DNA of 64,000 bases from Octopus vulgaris. Its lineage: Eukaryota. The notes beneath the pieces were generated by a model. The model saw only the letters and a list, made by a program, of their open reading frames with translations, had not been told where the DNA came from and did no database searches. Position 1 is the stretch's first letter; each line of letters opens with the position of its first letter. The stretch spans positions 139,252,001 to 139,316,000 of the forward strand of contig OX597814.1 of NCBI GenBank assembly GCA_951406725.2, in the 5' to 3' direction. A program made the position numbers and the translations under genes. Shown piece after piece: positions 63,231-64,000 of this stretch.

Positions 63231-63685
63231 CTATGTATATTTCCTATTTAGTATTGGGAAAGTTTCATTTATGAGGACATACTCCTGTATTTGTCTGAGT
63301 GTTGGGTCCTTTGGGTGCTTGGATAAGATGCGGATGACAAGTTGACCCAAGTTGCCTCCACGTTCGTCCTTGGTATGTTGGTAGAGTATAGAGGACTGTT
63401 TTTTATCGTCATATTGTCTCAAATGTCATTTAGTCGTTCCGCTATGCTCCTAGATGTCTCCCCTATGTATGTCATATTCCTGTCTTTACAAGCACCTTCT
63501 ATGCATCTTATGCTGTAAACTACATTTCTAGTTCTACAGTTAATGCCAGGGCTAATCCTACATACCATGCAGTTATCATTGGTGCATATGGTATTGTCAA
63601 AGGAGTACGTCCTACATAGTTGTGATCTGACGGAATTCCCTGGTTTTTCAACAACCTTAATGTTGAGTTTGGTCTCCTTCAGGGC
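63231..63685 (-). pseudogene. Penelope-like GIY-YIG 3' fragment (third type)
   Basis: IKVVEKPG...CTNDNCMVC...NCRTRNVVYSIRC...TYIGETSRSIAERL; after a frameshift SILYQH...DPTLRQIQE..LI...PILNRK. Confidence 0.82.
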
Positions 63686-63734
63686 TTTTCTAAATTATAA
63701 GGCACTAAAAGAGAATGACTCTCCCCAAACACAC

Positions 63735-63915
63735 CAGCTCGAAATACGAGACTAGAAGAAAATCCAACAACTGATGAAGGGTTGTTCTTTATGTTGTTTG
63801 TTTTGCTTTCCATTTGTGTCTTTCATTGTTTGAAAGAATAGTTCCATGTTCCATGTACTCCTGCTTCGTACACTTTTGTTGTACACGTTTCGTGACGTCC
63901 TGTACCCACATATGC
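63735..63915 (+). mobile_element. Terminal segment joined in opposite orientation to the GIY-YIG fragment; ends in (TA)n
   Basis: Homologous to 13645-13920 (reverse); contains CTGATGAAGGG. Confidence 0.65.
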
Positions 63916-64000
63916 ATATATATATATATATATATATATACACGCATGGATGTATGTACATATAGGTATGGATGTATGTACATATAGGTATGTATATATG

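Noticed and set aside
63737-63790. Type II hammerhead (GCTCGAAA...CTGATGAAGGGT)
   Set aside because: Stem II could pair, but there is no UH cleavage site with stems I and III in either copy.

Overview
AT-rich, microsatellite-dense animal DNA with no host gene or exon I can support. The SINE content is consistent with a coleoid cephalopod such as Octopus (inference). Recognisable coding remnants are all from transposable elements: a young L1/Tx1-clade LINE (zinc-knuckle ORF1 plus an uninterrupted APE-endonuclease ORF2 running off the left edge), four Penelope-like (RT/GIY-YIG) fragments, a CR1/L2-group LINE 3' end, two RTE LINE 3' ends, a Tc1 (DD34E), a rosa/DD41D-like mariner and a decayed Buster/Charlie hAT. 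There are also about 30 tRNA-derived SINE copies, MITE/foldback elements, a HINE-like element and a probable solo LTR. The most notable signal is non-coding: at least 8-10 minimal type I hammerhead ribozyme (HHR) motifs, many with a compensatory U3-A8 core (UUGANAA) and a palindromic stem III. They occur in a 365-bp tandem dimer (retrozyme/circRNA-like), in outward-facing inverted pairs inside (TA)n tracts, and in a tRNA-headed SINE, which suggests ribozyme-bearing non-autonomous elements mobilised by Penelope-like machinery. All calls were made by eye; family names are from memory of motifs, not database searches, and coordinates of decayed elements are approximate.
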